Source: Gemmatimonadetes bacterium 13_1_20CM_4_69_16
GTDB lineage: Bacteria; Gemmatimonadota; Gemmatimonadetes; Gemmatimonadales; GWC2-71-9
NCBI GenBank assembly: GCA_001919865.1
Contig: MNIR01000083.1
Location: forward strand, 6,216 to 70,215
Length of the DNA: 64,000 nucleotides
Reading direction: 5' to 3'
Part shown: positions 63,067 through 64,000 of the stretch, in pieces
Layout of the letters: each line of letters starts with the position of its first letter
How positions within the stretch are numbered: the first letter of the stretch is position 1
The notes under the pieces: generated by a model
The model's input: only the letters and a program-made list of their open reading frames with translations
Databases searched by the model: none
What the model was told of the DNA's origin: nothing
Translations under genes and position numbers: made by a program

Positions 63067-64000
63067 ATGCGGCGTTGCATTTGGAGTCTGGTGGGACTCA
63101 CCGTCGCGGCCACGTCGCTCGGCGCGCAGGGGCTGCGCGACAAGATCTCCGAGCTGTTCATCTTCACGGCCGGCAAGGACCCACTCTTCCTCGGCGGGAC
63201 TGCCCACCCGAGCAACCCGGCCACGATCCAGCTGCACGCCAACCATTTCATCCCCTCCGCCCGAGCCGAGAACGGCAGCCTGATCTCGTTCATCGGGAAC
63301 GCGATCAGCGGCAACGTCGCGAACATCCCTGTGAGCGCGACGAGCGGCGGCTCCACCTTTCGGTTCGAAGGCGGCGTTCCGGTCCGGACGTCCACCTCGC
63401 CCGGCCCCGTGTTCGCCGAGCGCGCCCAGACGCTGGGCCGCGGTCGGGTCTTCGTCGGTGCCAACGTCAATCGCTTGCACTTTGAGACGCTGCGCGGCGT
63501 GAGCCTGAAGGATATCGAAATGACCTTCACGCACGAGAACGTCACGGGCCCCGTGTGCGACAGCATTGTCGGCGCGAGCTGCACCCCGTACGGCGTCCCC
63601 ACGCTGGAAAACGACGTGATCGCCGTCCGGCTGGCGCTCGACCTCAACATGACGGTCACGTCGTTCTTCCTGAGCTTCGGGCTGCTCGATCGGGTGGACA
63701 TCGGCGTCGTACTGCCGATCGTATCCACGTCGCTGACCGGCACGAGCGACGCGCAGATCCGTCCGTTCGGCGGGACGACCGCGGCGCACTTCTGGGGCGG
63801 CACTCCGAGCAATCCCCAACTCTCCACATCCCGCTTGGTGCAGGGATCCGCGACCGGGATTGGCGACATCGCAGCCCGGGTGAAAGTGACCGTCACCGAG
63901 TCGGAACGCACCGCGTTCTCGATCCTCGGCGACCTACGCTTTCCTACCGGCAGCGAGAACGACCTGCTCGGATCCGGTCACCTCGCGGCCCGCGGCCTCG
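63067..64000 (+). CDS. secreted / outer-membrane protein, unknown function (3' end beyond window)
   Basis: Frame open to the window edge, so it is absent from the ORF track. GGGGAGAG Shine-Dalgarno 4 nt before the ATG at 63067. Signal MRRCIWSLVGLTVAATSLGAQG. The later alternating beta-strand-like sequence ends in ...GDLRFPTGSENDLLGSG. Confidence 0.5.
   Translation, partial: MRRCIWSLVGLTVAATSLGAQGLRDKISELFIFTAGKDPLFLGGTAHPSNPATIQLHANHFIPSARAENGSLISFIGNAISGNVANIPVSATSGGSTFRFEGGVPVRTSTSPGPVFAERAQTLGRGRVFVGANVNRLHFETLRGVSLKDIEMTFTHENVTGPVCDSIVGASCTPYGVPTLENDVIAVRLALDLNMTVTSFFLSFGLLDRVDIGVVLPIVSTSLTGTSDAQIRPFGGTTAAHFWGGTPSNPQLSTSRLVQGSATGIGDIAARVKVTVTESERTAFSILGDLRFPTGSENDLLGSGHLAARGL

Overview
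This is a high-GC (about 70%) bacterial chromosomal window packed with housekeeping operons. I call about 60 protein genes, roughly 85% of them on the minus strand. Intergenic space is very small, and about 19 gene junctions are 4-nt ATGA/GTGA stop-start overlaps. I used these overlaps to trim the over-long ORFs in the track.

Recognisable blocks:
- secD, then ribF-truB-rbfA-DUF503-infB-ylxQ-nusA-rimP
- pgeF-murA
- a plus-strand island: antiporter-like, DUF948 and Zn-phospholipase-C-like genes
- gatB-gatA-gatC-pcrA-histidine kinase-serS
- a plus-strand operon: Roadblock/LC7, response regulator, two sugar nucleotidyltransferases, Ser/Thr kinase
- a HEAT protein coupled to an HD-GYP protein
- groES-groEL with a perfect CIRCE operator
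- cell-envelope genes: NlpC/P60, two UbiA prenyltransferases, coaX, CPBP protease, birA, uppP, bshA
- a 16-kb coupled array: M50 protease, scpA, scpB, rluB, an unknown Rossmann protein, a HEAT protein, the MoxR/DUF58/BatA-E aerotolerance-type operon, mutL, miaA
- rpsT, pyrC-pyrB-pyrR, a GH16 glucanase and a partial secreted protein

Gene content (bshA, Bat operon, alt-GlmU-like LbH protein) fits an FCB-type lineage such as Gemmatimonadota, but this is only a guess. I found no rRNA, tRNA, CRISPR array, transposase, integrase or phage genes.

Most interesting signals:
1. A family of inverted arrays of tandem 7-8-nt units brackets short host segments. One sits inside the mutL linker, one covers the miaA tail, and two are in operon-internal spacers.
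2. A second, unrelated 80-nt palindromic element sits in the same position in the gatC-gatA and pyrR-pyrB spacers.
3. Three genes look truncated at their 3' junctions (gatA, pgeF, birA).
4. A duplicated pyrR promoter and 5' end flanks the GH16 gene.
5. A paralogous N-terminal domain is shared by the HD-GYP protein and two HEAT-repeat proteins.

All functional calls come from motif recognition by eye, with no searches run. Hand-derived coordinates may be off by 1-3 nt.
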